63,703 nt of DNA, filler included, from an uncultured bacterium (GCA_964637655.1; 3 parts of 3 records of this genome joined end to end with filler, not necessarily neighbours in it), one strand, 5' to 3'; numbered from the whole stretch's first letter, positions 51,831-60,393 are shown. The notes: a model not told the origin generated them from the letters alone. A program made the numbers and translations.

Positions 51831-53852
51831 ATGATACGGTTCTGCTGCATAGTGCTGATTATCGGGATGGCGGTGACACCCGCGCTGGCGGCGCGGTCGA
51901 CGACCGCGTCATTCCTCAAAATCGGGGTCGGGGCGCGCGCGGCGGGGATGGGCGAAGCGTATACCGCCATCGCTGACGATGCCAGCGCCACCTACTGGAA
52001 TCCCGCGGGGATGGCGGCAGCGAACCGCCGGCAGTTTATCTTCCAGCACAACGAATGGTTCGGCAACATCAACTACGAGTACCTTGGCTACGCGCACCCG
52101 CTGGAGCGCGGCGGCACGGTGGGCGGCTCGCTCACCTACCTCGACAAGGGTGACATCCCGCGCACGACCTACAGCAACCCGTTCGGCGCCGGGCTGGGAA
52201 GTTACGAGGCGCAGGATTTCGCCGGGAGCGTCAGTTATGCGGCGTCATACCGCAGCGACATCGACTGGGGCGTCACGGCGAAGCTGATCCGTCAGGAGAT
52301 CGATGACGCGTCGGCGACGAGTTTTGCGGTCGATGGCGGCGTGCTCTACCGCACGCCGTATCAGGGACTGACGCTTGGCGCGGCGCTGCTCAACCTCGGG
52401 ACCGCGGCGAAATTCGACGAGCGCAAGGAGCAGTTGCCGCTGATGTTCAAGGCGGGGGCGGCGTACCGCCTGCAGGATGTGCCGCTGACCTTTGCGTCAG
52501 ACCTCGTGCTGCTGCGCGGCGACCAGTCGTCATTCCGCCTCGGGGCGGAGTACACCTTCAACCGCCTGATCGACATTCGCGCGGGGTACAATTCGGCGAA
52601 CGATGCGGACAACGGCTGGGGGTGCGGCTTCGGCATCAACCTCGACGACCTCGAAATAAATTACGCGTATGTGCCCTACGGTGACCTGGGTAACACGCAC
52701 CGCATCGACAGCGTCTTCACGTTCGGGGCACCCGTGCGCGAAGAGGCGCCGGCACCGGCACCGCTTCCGACGCCGACACCCGTGCCGACACCCGCCCCGA
52801 CCCCGCGTCCGACCCCGGCACCGGTGCCGCCGCTGAGCGACGCGGCGCAGCAGGCAGCGGCGCTGGTGGCGGAGGGCAACCGCTTGCAGGCGGCGGGCGA
52901 CCTGCGCGCCGCGGTGGCGTCATACCTGTCGGCGCTGCAGTATGACCCGCGCTCATTCGCGGCCTACTACAACACGGGCAACGCGGCCTTCGCGCTCAAG
53001 GATTACGTAGCGGCGCGCGATGCGTACACCTACGCGCTGCAGTTGCGCCCGGGGATGATCGAGGCGATGGTCAACCTCGGCAGCGCGCATTACCGGCTTG
53101 GCGACTTTGCCGCGGCGGCGCGCATGTGGGAGCAGGTGCTGCAGCAGGACGCGCAGAACGCGCAGGCGCAGCGCAACCTCGAGATCGTCTATCGCAAGCA
53201 TCCGGAAGTGAAGCCGATCGGTCCGGGTGACCGCCAGCCGCCGCCGGCCGGCACGACAGTGACACCGCCGCCGGTGACGGCACCCGCGCCGGCCGCAGCG
53301 GCGCCTGTGCCGGTAGCACCGGTTATCAGTGCGCCGGTGCCGCAGCCGCGCACGGCCCCCGCTCCACTGAGTGTTCCCGCGCCGGCGGTGCGCACGGGCG
53401 TGCCGGCCGCAACGCCGGCTCCGGCGGCGTCAGCGTCCACGACAGCACCGCCCGTGACGTTCTCTCCGGCACCGTCACCCGCTGACGTGTTCATCGCGCG
53501 CGGCAACGAATTGCAGCAGGCGGGCGACCAGCGCGGCGCCATCGCGCAGTACCAGCAGGCGCTGCAGGCCGAGCCGCGCTCGTTCGCGGCCTATTTCGGC
53601 CTGGGGACGGCAGCCTACAGCATCCATGAGTATGCGGCGGCCGCGGCGGCGCTGGGTATCGCGCGCCAGCTCGATCCGGAGAGTGTGGCGGCCATCAACA
53701 ACCACGGCAGTGCGCTCTACAAGGTGAAGGATTTTGCGGGGGCGGCGCGCGCGTGGGAAGAAGTGCTGCGGCGCGAACCGGGCAACAGCGCGGCGCAGGC
53801 CAATCTCGACATCGTCTACGAGCGTCACCCGGAGAGTCGTCCGCAACAGTAG
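51831..53852 (+). CDS. PorV/PorQ-family beta-barrel fused to two TPR blocks through Pro/Thr/Ala-rich linkers
   Basis: ASFLKIGVGARA.GMGEAY.A.ADDA.A.YWNPAG; barrel ends THRID..F.F; PTPTPVPTP linker; duplicated TPR block (GN.LQ.AGD.R.A...Y..ALQ..PRSFAAY). Confidence 0.88.
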   Translation: MIRFCCIVLIIGMAVTPALAARSTTASFLKIGVGARAAGMGEAYTAIADDASATYWNPAGMAAANRRQFIFQHNEWFGNINYEYLGYAHPLERGGTVGGSLTYLDKGDIPRTTYSNPFGAGLGSYEAQDFAGSVSYAASYRSDIDWGVTAKLIRQEIDDASATSFAVDGGVLYRTPYQGLTLGAALLNLGTAAKFDERKEQLPLMFKAGAAYRLQDVPLTFASDLVLLRGDQSSFRLGAEYTFNRLIDIRAGYNSANDADNGWGCGFGINLDDLEINYAYVPYGDLGNTHRIDSVFTFGAPVREEAPAPAPLPTPTPVPTPAPTPRPTPAPVPPLSDAAQQAAALVAEGNRLQAAGDLRAAVASYLSALQYDPRSFAAYYNTGNAAFALKDYVAARDAYTYALQLRPGMIEAMVNLGSAHYRLGDFAAAARMWEQVLQQDAQNAQAQRNLEIVYRKHPEVKPIGPGDRQPPPAGTTVTPPPVTAPAPAAAAPVPVAPVISAPVPQPRTAPAPLSVPAPAVRTGVPAATPAPAASASTTAPPVTFSPAPSPADVFIARGNELQQAGDQRGAIAQYQQALQAEPRSFAAYFGLGTAAYSIHEYAAAAAALGIARQLDPESVAAINNHGSALYKVKDFAGAARAWEEVLRREPGNSAAQANLDIVYERHPESRPQQ

Positions 53853-53873
53853 TCCGCTCCGCCGCAAGAACAG

Positions 53874-53906
53874 AAAACCCCGCCGGGCACTCCCGGCGGG
53901 GTTGTT
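53874..53906. terminator. Bidirectional intrinsic terminator between convergent PorV-TPR and cheX genes
   Basis: AACCCCGCCGGG-CACT-CCCGGCGGGGTT stem with A-run on the left and TTGTT on the right. Confidence 0.85.
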
Positions 53907-53929
53907 GTGTCAGTACAGGTTGCGGCGGA

Positions 53930-54400
53930 TCAGATGCGTGAGCGCTGGCGCATGGCGACGTTGACAATGACCTCGCCGCAGGTGGTCTTGAGCGGGATGA
54001 CCAGCGTCTCGAGCATCAAGTTGGAGATCTTCATGTTGTCGCCGGTGAAGAGCGACGGCGGGGTGATGTCGAAGTTGAACCCCTTGCTGTTGAGCGCGGA
54101 GACGGCGCGCCCGGTGATCATGTTGGCCAGTTCGCTGATGGTCGACTTGGCCAGTTCGTCGAATTCCTTGAGTTCCTCACCGTTCATCGCCGAGGCGATG
54201 CGGATCCCCGTCGCCTGGTCCATGTCGTAGACGACGCGCCCCTCGACTTCGCCGGCGATGCCGATGAGCGCGGCGATCCCCTTGGTGTTGATGGGCGTGG
54301 TGATGAGCGAGAGTTTACCGCGCTCGACGTCGCTGTTGAGCAGTTCCTTGAGCAGCGAGTAGGCGCCCTCGATGAACGGGTTGATGTATTCGACTTTCAT
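53930..54400 (-). CDS. cheX: Chemotaxis phosphatase CheX
   Basis: MKVEYINPF, IGIAGEVEG.V...M, ELANMI.G, FDITPP. Confidence 0.93.
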   Translation of the reverse strand: MKVEYINPFIEGAYSLLKELLNSDVERGKLSLITTPINTKGIAALIGIAGEVEGRVVYDMDQATGIRIASAMNGEELKEFDELAKSTISELANMITGRAVSALNSKGFNFDITPPSLFTGDNMKISNLMLETLVIPLKTTCGEVIVNVAMRQRSRI

Positions 54401-54409
54401 GACACGCTC

Positions 54410-54850
54410 CTATTTGGCGAGGACGCCCTTGAGGACTTTCAGCACCTGTTCCCGCTGGAACGGCTTGACAATGAAATGCTTGGCGCCGCGCAAAATCGCC
54501 TGTTTGACCAGCGCCTCATGCCCCAGCGCGGAAACCATGACGATCTTTGCTGCCGGGTTGAGCGCCATGATCGCTTCCACCGCTTCGATGCCGTTCATTT
54601 CCGGCATGGTGATGTCCATGGTGGTGATGTCGATCTCCGCGCCGCGCGCCTTGTGGAACTCCACCGCCTGCTTGCCGTTCAGCGCCTCGCCCAGCACCTC
54701 GTAGCCGGCGCTGGTGAGTACCCGCGCAAGCTGCTTGAGAATGAAGGCGGAGTCGTCGGTGATGAGCACCTTGTAGGGGGTCCCGTCCGGTTTGATCCCG
54801 GTATCCTTGAGTTCTTCGTCCGGTCCCTGTACCTGCACTTCGTCAGCCAT
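54410..54850 (-). CDS. cheY: Chemotaxis response regulator CheY with N-terminal extension
   Basis: VLITDDS, MDITMP.MNG, VSALG, FIVKP; adjacent to cheX. Confidence 0.88.
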   Translation of the reverse strand: MADEVQVQGPDEELKDTGIKPDGTPYKVLITDDSAFILKQLARVLTSAGYEVLGEALNGKQAVEFHKARGAEIDITTMDITMPEMNGIEAVEAIMALNPAAKIVMVSALGHEALVKQAILRGAKHFIVKPFQREQVLKVLKGVLAK

Positions 54851-54882
54851 ATCGGCACCTCACCATAATCAGGATGGTGGTA

Positions 54883-54911
54883 AGTTTGACACATTTCCGG
54901 GCGCCTGTCAA
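54883..54911 (-). promoter_or_regulatory. Candidate sigma70 promoter for cheY-cheX
   Basis: Minus-strand TTGACA-17 nt-CAAACT with upstream TG. Confidence 0.45.
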
Positions 54912-54950
54912 GTGAAAGGGAGCAGAAGGTGTTTTGCCGGTGCTATGGAC

Positions 54951-54979
54951 TTGCCAGAGGTTGCGAAATCTGCTATAGT
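54951..54979 (+). promoter_or_regulatory. Sigma70 promoter of the rpsB operon
   Basis: TTGCCA-17 nt-TATAGT with extended -10 TG. Confidence 0.7.
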
Positions 54980-54987
54980 GTAGCGTC

Positions 54988-55088
54988 GCACATTTCACAC
55001 GGCGCCGCCGGGCGTGGTGTTCCCGCGTGGCGGGAATTTCGCCCTGAAGGTAAAGGCGCCGGAGGGAAACCACGAAGGAGGCAGGTGT
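54988..55088 (+). promoter_or_regulatory. Structured 5' leader of rpsB (putative S2 autoregulatory RNA)
   Basis: CACAC followed by GGCGCC...GGCGCC, GGGCG...CGCCC and TTCCCGC-GTG-GCGGGAA nested stems before the RBS. Confidence 0.55.
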
Positions 55089-55889
55089 ATGAGTCGTATT
55101 CAGATGAAGGAGTTGCTGGAAGCAGGGGTGCACTTCGGGCACCAGACACGGCGCTGGAACCCGAAGATGAAGCCGTACATCTTCTCGACGCGCAAGAATA
55201 TCCACATTCTCGACCTGCAGAAGACGGTGGCGCTGGCCAACAAGGCGGCGGAGTTCATCACCACGTCGGTAACCGAGGGGAAGACGGTGCTCTTCGTCGG
55301 CACCAAGAAGCAGGCGAAGAAGGCGATTGCCGAGCAGGCGGCGCGTTGCGGCATGCCCTACGTCAACAACCGCTGGCTGGGCGGCATGCTCACCAACTAC
55401 GCGACGGTGCGCCGCTCGCTCAACCTGATGCTGGAAATCGAGGGACTGGAAACGTCGGGCGGGCTGGCACAGCGCCCGGTCAAAGAGCGCATGTCGCTGA
55501 CGCGGCGCAAGGAGAAACTGCAGGCGAACCTCGGCGGCATCCGCGATATGCAGGGGCTGCCGGACATCCTCTTCGTCGTTGACACGCGCAAGGACACGCT
55601 GGCGGTGGCGGAAGCCCGCCGGCTGAATATCCCGGTGGTGGCGCTGGTCGACACCAACTGCGACCCGGAAGAGATCACCTACCCGATTCCCGCCAACGAT
55701 GACGCTATCCGCGCCATCGCGCTTTTCTGCGCGATTATCGCGGACGCGGTGCTCGAGGGGCAGGAGTACCGGGCGCGGCAGCAGGAGGAACTCGAGGCGC
55801 AGGCGGAACGCGCGGCGGTCGAGGGAGCACAGGCGGACGCGCTGGCGGAAAAGGTCGCGGAGACCGGCGACGGCGCGACGGCCCAGTAA
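55089..55889 (+). CDS. rpsB: 30S ribosomal protein S2
   Basis: MKELLEAGVHFGHQTRRWNPKM, FVGTKKQA, RWLGGMLTN, DTNCDP, PANDDAIR. Confidence 0.98.
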   Translation: MSRIQMKELLEAGVHFGHQTRRWNPKMKPYIFSTRKNIHILDLQKTVALANKAAEFITTSVTEGKTVLFVGTKKQAKKAIAEQAARCGMPYVNNRWLGGMLTNYATVRRSLNLMLEIEGLETSGGLAQRPVKERMSLTRRKEKLQANLGGIRDMQGLPDILFVVDTRKDTLAVAEARRLNIPVVALVDTNCDPEEITYPIPANDDAIRAIALFCAIIADAVLEGQEYRARQQEELEAQAERAAVEGAQADALAEKVAETGDGATAQ

Positions 55890-55901
55890 GGAGAGGACGA
55901 C

Positions 55902-56792
55902 ATGGAGATCAAGGCAAGCGATGTGAAGACCCTGCGCGAGGCAACGGGCGCGGGGATGATGGCGTGCAAGGCGGCGCTGCAGGAGTCCAACGGCGACATG
56001 GCGGCGGCGACGAAGCTGCTGCGCGAAAAGGGACTGGCGGATGCGGCCAAGAAGCAGGCGCGCATCGCCGCGGAAGGCAAGGTGGTCATCGCGGTGAACG
56101 CCGACCGGACGCAGGGGCTGCTGCTTGAACTGAACTGCGAAACCGACTTTGCGGCCAACAACGAAAACTTCACCGGCGCGGCGGACGCCTTTGCGGCGAA
56201 ACTGCTGGCGGGAAGTTTTGCCACGGTGGCGGACGCGGAGGCGTCGCCGCTGGGCGAAGAGGTCAAGCAGCTGTCGGCGAAGATCGGCGAGAAGGTTACG
56301 CTGCGGCGCTTCGAGAAGGTGACGGCGCCGGCGGGCGGGTTGCTCGTCGACTACCGGCACTTCAACGGCAAGATCGGCGTGCTGCTGGCCGCCAGCGGCC
56401 CGGCGGCGGCGGCGGAAACGCTGCGCCAGGTGGCGATGCACGTTGCCGCCTCGCAGCCGCAGTGTCTCGACCGCAGCGGGGTGAGCGCGGAGCAGGCGGC
56501 GGCGGAGAAGGACGTCTACCGCGCGCAGCTCGCGCAGGACGAGAAGATGGCGGGCAAGCCCGACGCGGTCAAAGAGAAAATCGTCGAGGGGAAACTCAAC
56601 AAGTACTACGAGCAGGTCTGCCTGCTCGAACAGCCGTTTATCCACGACGACAAGCAGAAAGTGGGCGACGTGCTGAAGGGCGCGGGCGTGGCGGTCACGA
56701 CCATGGCGCTCTTCGTGCTCGGCGAGGGGATCGAGAAGAAGTCGCAGGACCTCGCCGCGGAGGTCGCCAAGGAGCTGGCCAAACATGCCTGA
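55902..56792 (+). CDS. tsf: Elongation factor Ts
   Basis: VK.LRE.TGAGMM.CK.AL, ELNCETDF, AMHVAA, GKP....EKIVEGKL. Confidence 0.97.
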   Translation: MEIKASDVKTLREATGAGMMACKAALQESNGDMAAATKLLREKGLADAAKKQARIAAEGKVVIAVNADRTQGLLLELNCETDFAANNENFTGAADAFAAKLLAGSFATVADAEASPLGEEVKQLSAKIGEKVTLRRFEKVTAPAGGLLVDYRHFNGKIGVLLAASGPAAAAETLRQVAMHVAASQPQCLDRSGVSAEQAAAEKDVYRAQLAQDEKMAGKPDAVKEKIVEGKLNKYYEQVCLLEQPFIHDDKQKVGDVLKGAGVAVTTMALFVLGEGIEKKSQDLAAEVAKELAKHA

Positions 56793-57504
56793 GGCGAAAC
56801 CGCGGTTCCAGCGTATTCTGCTCAAGATCAGCGGCGAGGCGCTCTCGGCGACGGGGCAGTCGCTCGACGGGGGCATCCTCGACGCGGTCTGCAGCGAGGT
56901 CAAGCGCATTGCCGACCTCGGCTGCCAGATCGGCATGGTGGTCGGGGGCGGCAACATCTTCCGCGGCCTGACCGGGGTCAAGGGGGGCTTCGAGCGCACC
57001 ACGGGCGACCACATGGGGATGCTGGCGACGGTAATCAACGCCCTGGCACTGCGCGCGACGTTCGAGAAACTCGGGCAGCGCGCGGAAGTGATGACCGCGT
57101 TCCCCATCCTCGGGGTCACCCGCATCTTCAACCGCCGCGAGGCGGTGCAGCTGCTCGACCAGGGGACGGTGGTCATTTTCGCCGCCGGTACGGGCAACCC
57201 GTTCTTCACCACCGATACCGGGGCGGCGCTGCGCGCCATCGAGATATCCGCGGACGTGATGATGAAAGCGACCAAGGTCGACGGGGTCTATTCCGCCGAC
57301 CCGAAGAAGGACCCGACCGCGACGAAGTACGACCGCATCACCTATGCCGAGGTCATCGCCAGACAACTTGGCGTCATGGACATCACCGCCATTACCCTCT
57401 GTCGCGAGAACAGGATGAAGGTGATGGTCTTCGCCATGACCGAACCGGGCTCGATCTTCGCCGCGGTGACGGGGCCCAACCTCGGCACCATCGTGGAGGA
57501 ATGA
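56785..57504 (+). CDS. pyrH: UMP kinase
   Basis: RILLKISGEAL, VGGGNIFRG, DHMGMLAT..N, GTGNPFFTTDT. Confidence 0.97.
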   Translation: MPEAKPRFQRILLKISGEALSATGQSLDGGILDAVCSEVKRIADLGCQIGMVVGGGNIFRGLTGVKGGFERTTGDHMGMLATVINALALRATFEKLGQRAEVMTAFPILGVTRIFNRREAVQLLDQGTVVIFAAGTGNPFFTTDTGAALRAIEISADVMMKATKVDGVYSADPKKDPTATKYDRITYAEVIARQLGVMDITAITLCRENRMKVMVFAMTEPGSIFAAVTGPNLGTIVEE

Positions 57505-57505
57505 C

Positions 57506-58060
57506 ATGGACGCGATCATCAAGGGGATGACCGGCCGCCTGGACAAGACGCTGCAGACGTGCCGCGAGGACGCGGCGACGATGCGCACCGGGCGCGCCTC
57601 GGCGGCGCTGCTGCAGGGGGTGACGGTCGACTACTACGGCACGCAGACGAAACTGACGGATATCGCCGCGGTGGCGGCACCCGAACCGCGGCTGCTGGTG
57701 GTCAAGCCCTACGACCAGTCGGCGAACCAGGCCATCGTCAAGGCCATCCAGGCGGCGAATCTCGGGTTCAACCCGTCGGCCGATGGCGCGGTCATCCGCA
57801 TCAGCGTGCCGCCCCTCTCCGAGGAACGGCGCCGCGACCTGGTCAAGGTGCTCAAGAAGAAGGGCGAAGAGAGCAAGGTGGCGCTGCGCAATATCCGGCG
57901 CGACGCCATCAACGAACTGCAGCAGGCGAAGAAGGACGGCACCCTCCCCGAGGATATGGCCAAGAAGGGGGAGAAGAAGGTGCAGGAGCAACTCGACAGC
58001 TACATACGCCAGGTGGACGACATCCTGGCGAAAAAAGAAAAGGAAATCATGGAGGTCTGA
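57506..58060 (+). CDS. frr: Ribosome recycling factor
   Basis: RTGRAS, VDYYG, PPLSEERR, RNIRRD, KKEKEIMEV. Confidence 0.97.
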   Translation: MDAIIKGMTGRLDKTLQTCREDAATMRTGRASAALLQGVTVDYYGTQTKLTDIAAVAAPEPRLLVVKPYDQSANQAIVKAIQAANLGFNPSADGAVIRISVPPLSEERRRDLVKVLKKKGEESKVALRNIRRDAINELQQAKKDGTLPEDMAKKGEKKVQEQLDSYIRQVDDILAKKEKEIMEV

Positions 58061-58063
58061 ACA

Positions 58064-58237
58064 ATGGCACACACGATCAATGAAGCATGCATCGCCTGCG
58101 GGAGCTGCGTCGACAGCTGCCCCGTACAGGCAATCGCGGAGAGCGGCGGCAAGTACGCCATCGCCGCGGACAAGTGCATCGACTGCGGCGCCTGCGTCGA
58201 GCAGTGCCCGGTGGAAGCGATCAAGCCGGGCGCGTAA
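58064..58237 (+). CDS. 2[4Fe-4S] clostridial-type ferredoxin (57 aa); below the ORF-track cutoff
   Basis: Hand translation MAHTINEACIACGSCVDSCPVQAIAESGGKYAIAADKCIDCGACVEQCPVEAIKPGA: two CxxCxxCxxxCP motifs; GGAGG RBS inside frr end. Confidence 0.95.
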   Translation: MAHTINEACIACGSCVDSCPVQAIAESGGKYAIAADKCIDCGACVEQCPVEAIKPGA

Positions 58238-58257
58238 GCGCGACAGCACATGCCATG

Positions 58258-58296
58258 CCGGGTGCGTTTCTTTGCGGGTGCGCACCCGGTTTTTTT
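58258..58296 (+). terminator. Intrinsic terminator after the ferredoxin gene
   Basis: CCGGGTGCG...CGCACCCGG stem followed by T7. Confidence 0.8.
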
Positions 58297-58346
58297 ATTC
58301 GCGCCGCCGGGGTCGCGCACGGGTACCGGCACGGACGGAGGTCGCA

Positions 58347-59126
58347 GTGCAGGCACCTGACAGCATAACCGACACGACTGAACGCGCGCTCTGGGAACAA
58401 CTGGAGGCGGCGCGCCTCCCGCGGCACGTGGCGGTCATCATGGACGGCAACGGGCGCTGGGCGAAACAGCGCGGCCTGCCGCGCCTGGCGGGCCATCAGC
58501 AGGGGGTCAGGACGGTGCGGCGCACGGTCGAACTGTGTGGCGACCTCAAGGGCATCAGGGCGCTGACGTTGTACGCTTTTTCGACGGAGAACTGGACGCG
58601 GCCCAAGGACGAAATCGGCGGACTGATGCAGCTGCTGAAGACCTACCTGCGCATCGAACTTGCCGAGATGCTGAAAAACGACATTCGCCTGACGACCATC
58701 GGGCATGTCGAAGAACTGCCGGCAGAGGCGCGCGACGAACTCGAGACGACGAAACAGCGCACCGCGAACAATACAAAATTCATCCTCAACCTCGCGCTCA
58801 ACTACGGGGCGCACCGCTCGCTGACCGATGCCGCGCGGACGCTCGCGCAGCAGGCGCGTGACGGGCACCTCGCCCCGGCGGCCATCACGCCGGAGCATGT
58901 CGCGCAGGCGCTGGAAACGTCGTTCCTGCCGCCGCTCGACCTGCTCATCCGCACCAGCGGCGAACTGCGCCTCTCGAATTTCCTGCTTTGGGAGATGGCC
59001 TACGCCGAGATGGTCGTCACCCCGGTGCTCTGGCCCGACTTCTCGCGGTGCGACTTTCTGCAGGCGCTGCTCGACTTCCAGCAGCGCGAGCGCCGCTTCG
59101 GCGCCGTCGCTGCGCCGACATCGTGA
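58347..59126 (+). CDS. uppS: Undecaprenyl diphosphate synthase (isoprenyl transferase)
   Basis: PRHVAVIMDGNGRWA, YAFSTENW.RP, LNYG, DLLIRTSGE.RLSNFLLW, RERRFG. Confidence 0.96.
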   Translation: MQAPDSITDTTERALWEQLEAARLPRHVAVIMDGNGRWAKQRGLPRLAGHQQGVRTVRRTVELCGDLKGIRALTLYAFSTENWTRPKDEIGGLMQLLKTYLRIELAEMLKNDIRLTTIGHVEELPAEARDELETTKQRTANNTKFILNLALNYGAHRSLTDAARTLAQQARDGHLAPAAITPEHVAQALETSFLPPLDLLIRTSGELRLSNFLLWEMAYAEMVVTPVLWPDFSRCDFLQALLDFQQRERRFGAVAAPTS

Positions 59127-59134
59127 TGCACGAA

Positions 59135-59415
59135 ACCATGACGGCGTTCACCACGGAGCACACGGAACGCCTGCGGTCTGCCGGCGGTCATGCTGCTGTG
59201 TCCTCAGGACAGACCACAACGGCTTTCACCGCAGAGCACACAGAGCACGCGGAGCGCCTGCGGTCTGCCGGTGTCAGTTCTGTGTCGGCTCCTGCCGGTT
59301 CATGCCCGCAGGGCCAACTCCCGTTGAGCAGTCGTGCATTTCTCCGTGAACTCCGTGTGCTCCGTGGTAAAATTCATTCCGCTCTCTGTGTGCTCTGCGT
59401 GCTCTGCGGTGAAAA
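59135..59415. repeat. Palindromic repeat element (REP/REPIN-like) with 9-nt GAGCACAC[GA] periodic arms between uppS and cdsA
   Basis: TTCACCACGGAGCACACGGA (59147) and TTCACCGCAGAGCACACAGAGCACGCGGAG (59225) versus inverted CTCCGTGTGCTCCGTGGTAAA (~59350) and CTCTGTGTGCTCTGCGTGCTCTGCGGTGAA (~59384). Confidence 0.88.
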
Positions 59416-59460
59416 AGTATCTGCTTTCCGTATGGGACCGATGCCGGCGGGAGGAGCAGC

Positions 59461-60330
59461 ATGAGCAACCTTATGGTGCGGGTGCTGACCGCACTTATCG
59501 GGGTGCCGCTGGTCCTGTTCGCCATGTTCCACCGCGACCCGCTCCCGGGCGGCGGCTTCCTGTTTTTTCTGCTGCCGCTGCTGATTACTGTCGCGGGGGC
59601 GAGTGAACTGAACTCGCTGCTGGCCGGCGGCAGCGCCAGCCGGCCGCGGCGGCTGCTTTACCTGCTGCTCGCGCTGGCGGCGGTCTGCGGTAGTTTCGGC
59701 AGTATCGATACGGCATTGCCGCATCGCGGCAACTGGACGGGTCTCATCACGCCGGCGGAATGGCTGGTGCTGATGCTGTTGACCGCGCTGCTGGCGGTCG
59801 GTGCGCTGCGCGTCGGGTCGGGGACGATCCCCGGCAGCGTCGGTGATGCCGGGCAGGCGCTGCTCGCGGTGGCAGGACTGGCGCTCCCCGCGTCGTTTCT
59901 CGCCCTGCTCTGGCGCCTGCGACAGGGTGCGTGGTGCGTGCTCCTGCTCTTTCTGTGCACGTGGATGGCCGATACCGGCGGCTATTTCGCCGGGAGGTTC
60001 CTCGGCCGCACGAAACTCGCCCCGGCCATCAGCCCGAAAAAGACCATTGCGGGCTTCTGGGGCGGGATGTGTGCCTCCGTGCTGGCCGCGGTGCTGCTTG
60101 CGCAGTTCGCCGGCGGGCGCGTGCCGGTCACCGTCGGACAGGCGCTGCTCTTCGGCGTGCTCATGGCGCTGGGCGGGACGCTGGGCGACCTCATCGAGTC
60201 GCTGGTCAAGCGCGAGATGCAGTGCAAGGATTCGGGCGGCCTTATTCCCGGGCACGGGGGCGTGCTCGACCGCTTCGACGCCATTCTCTTCAATGCCCCG
60301 CTGGCCTACCTGTACCTGCTGACACTGTAG
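59461..60330 (+). CDS. cdsA: Phosphatidate cytidylyltransferase
   Basis: W.ADTGGYF.GR..G..KLAP.ISPKKT, GDL.ES.VKR....KDSG.LIPGHGG.LDRFD. Confidence 0.95.
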   Translation: MSNLMVRVLTALIGVPLVLFAMFHRDPLPGGGFLFFLLPLLITVAGASELNSLLAGGSASRPRRLLYLLLALAAVCGSFGSIDTALPHRGNWTGLITPAEWLVLMLLTALLAVGALRVGSGTIPGSVGDAGQALLAVAGLALPASFLALLWRLRQGAWCVLLLFLCTWMADTGGYFAGRFLGRTKLAPAISPKKTIAGFWGGMCASVLAAVLLAQFAGGRVPVTVGQALLFGVLMALGGTLGDLIESLVKREMQCKDSGGLIPGHGGVLDRFDAILFNAPLAYLYLLTL

Positions 60331-60348
60331 CGTGTTTTGTGCTATACT
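60319..60348 (+). promoter_or_regulatory. Candidate internal promoter upstream of dxr
   Basis: CTGACA-18 nt-TATACT with extended -10 TG. Confidence 0.45.
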
Positions 60349-60393
60349 CACCTGTCGGCGTGCAGGGTGTGTGCCGGCGCAGGCGAGGCAGAG

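Noticed and set aside
52740-53480. Low-complexity CCG/ACG/GCG repeats
   Set aside because: Simply encode the Pro/Thr/Ala linkers of the PorV-TPR protein
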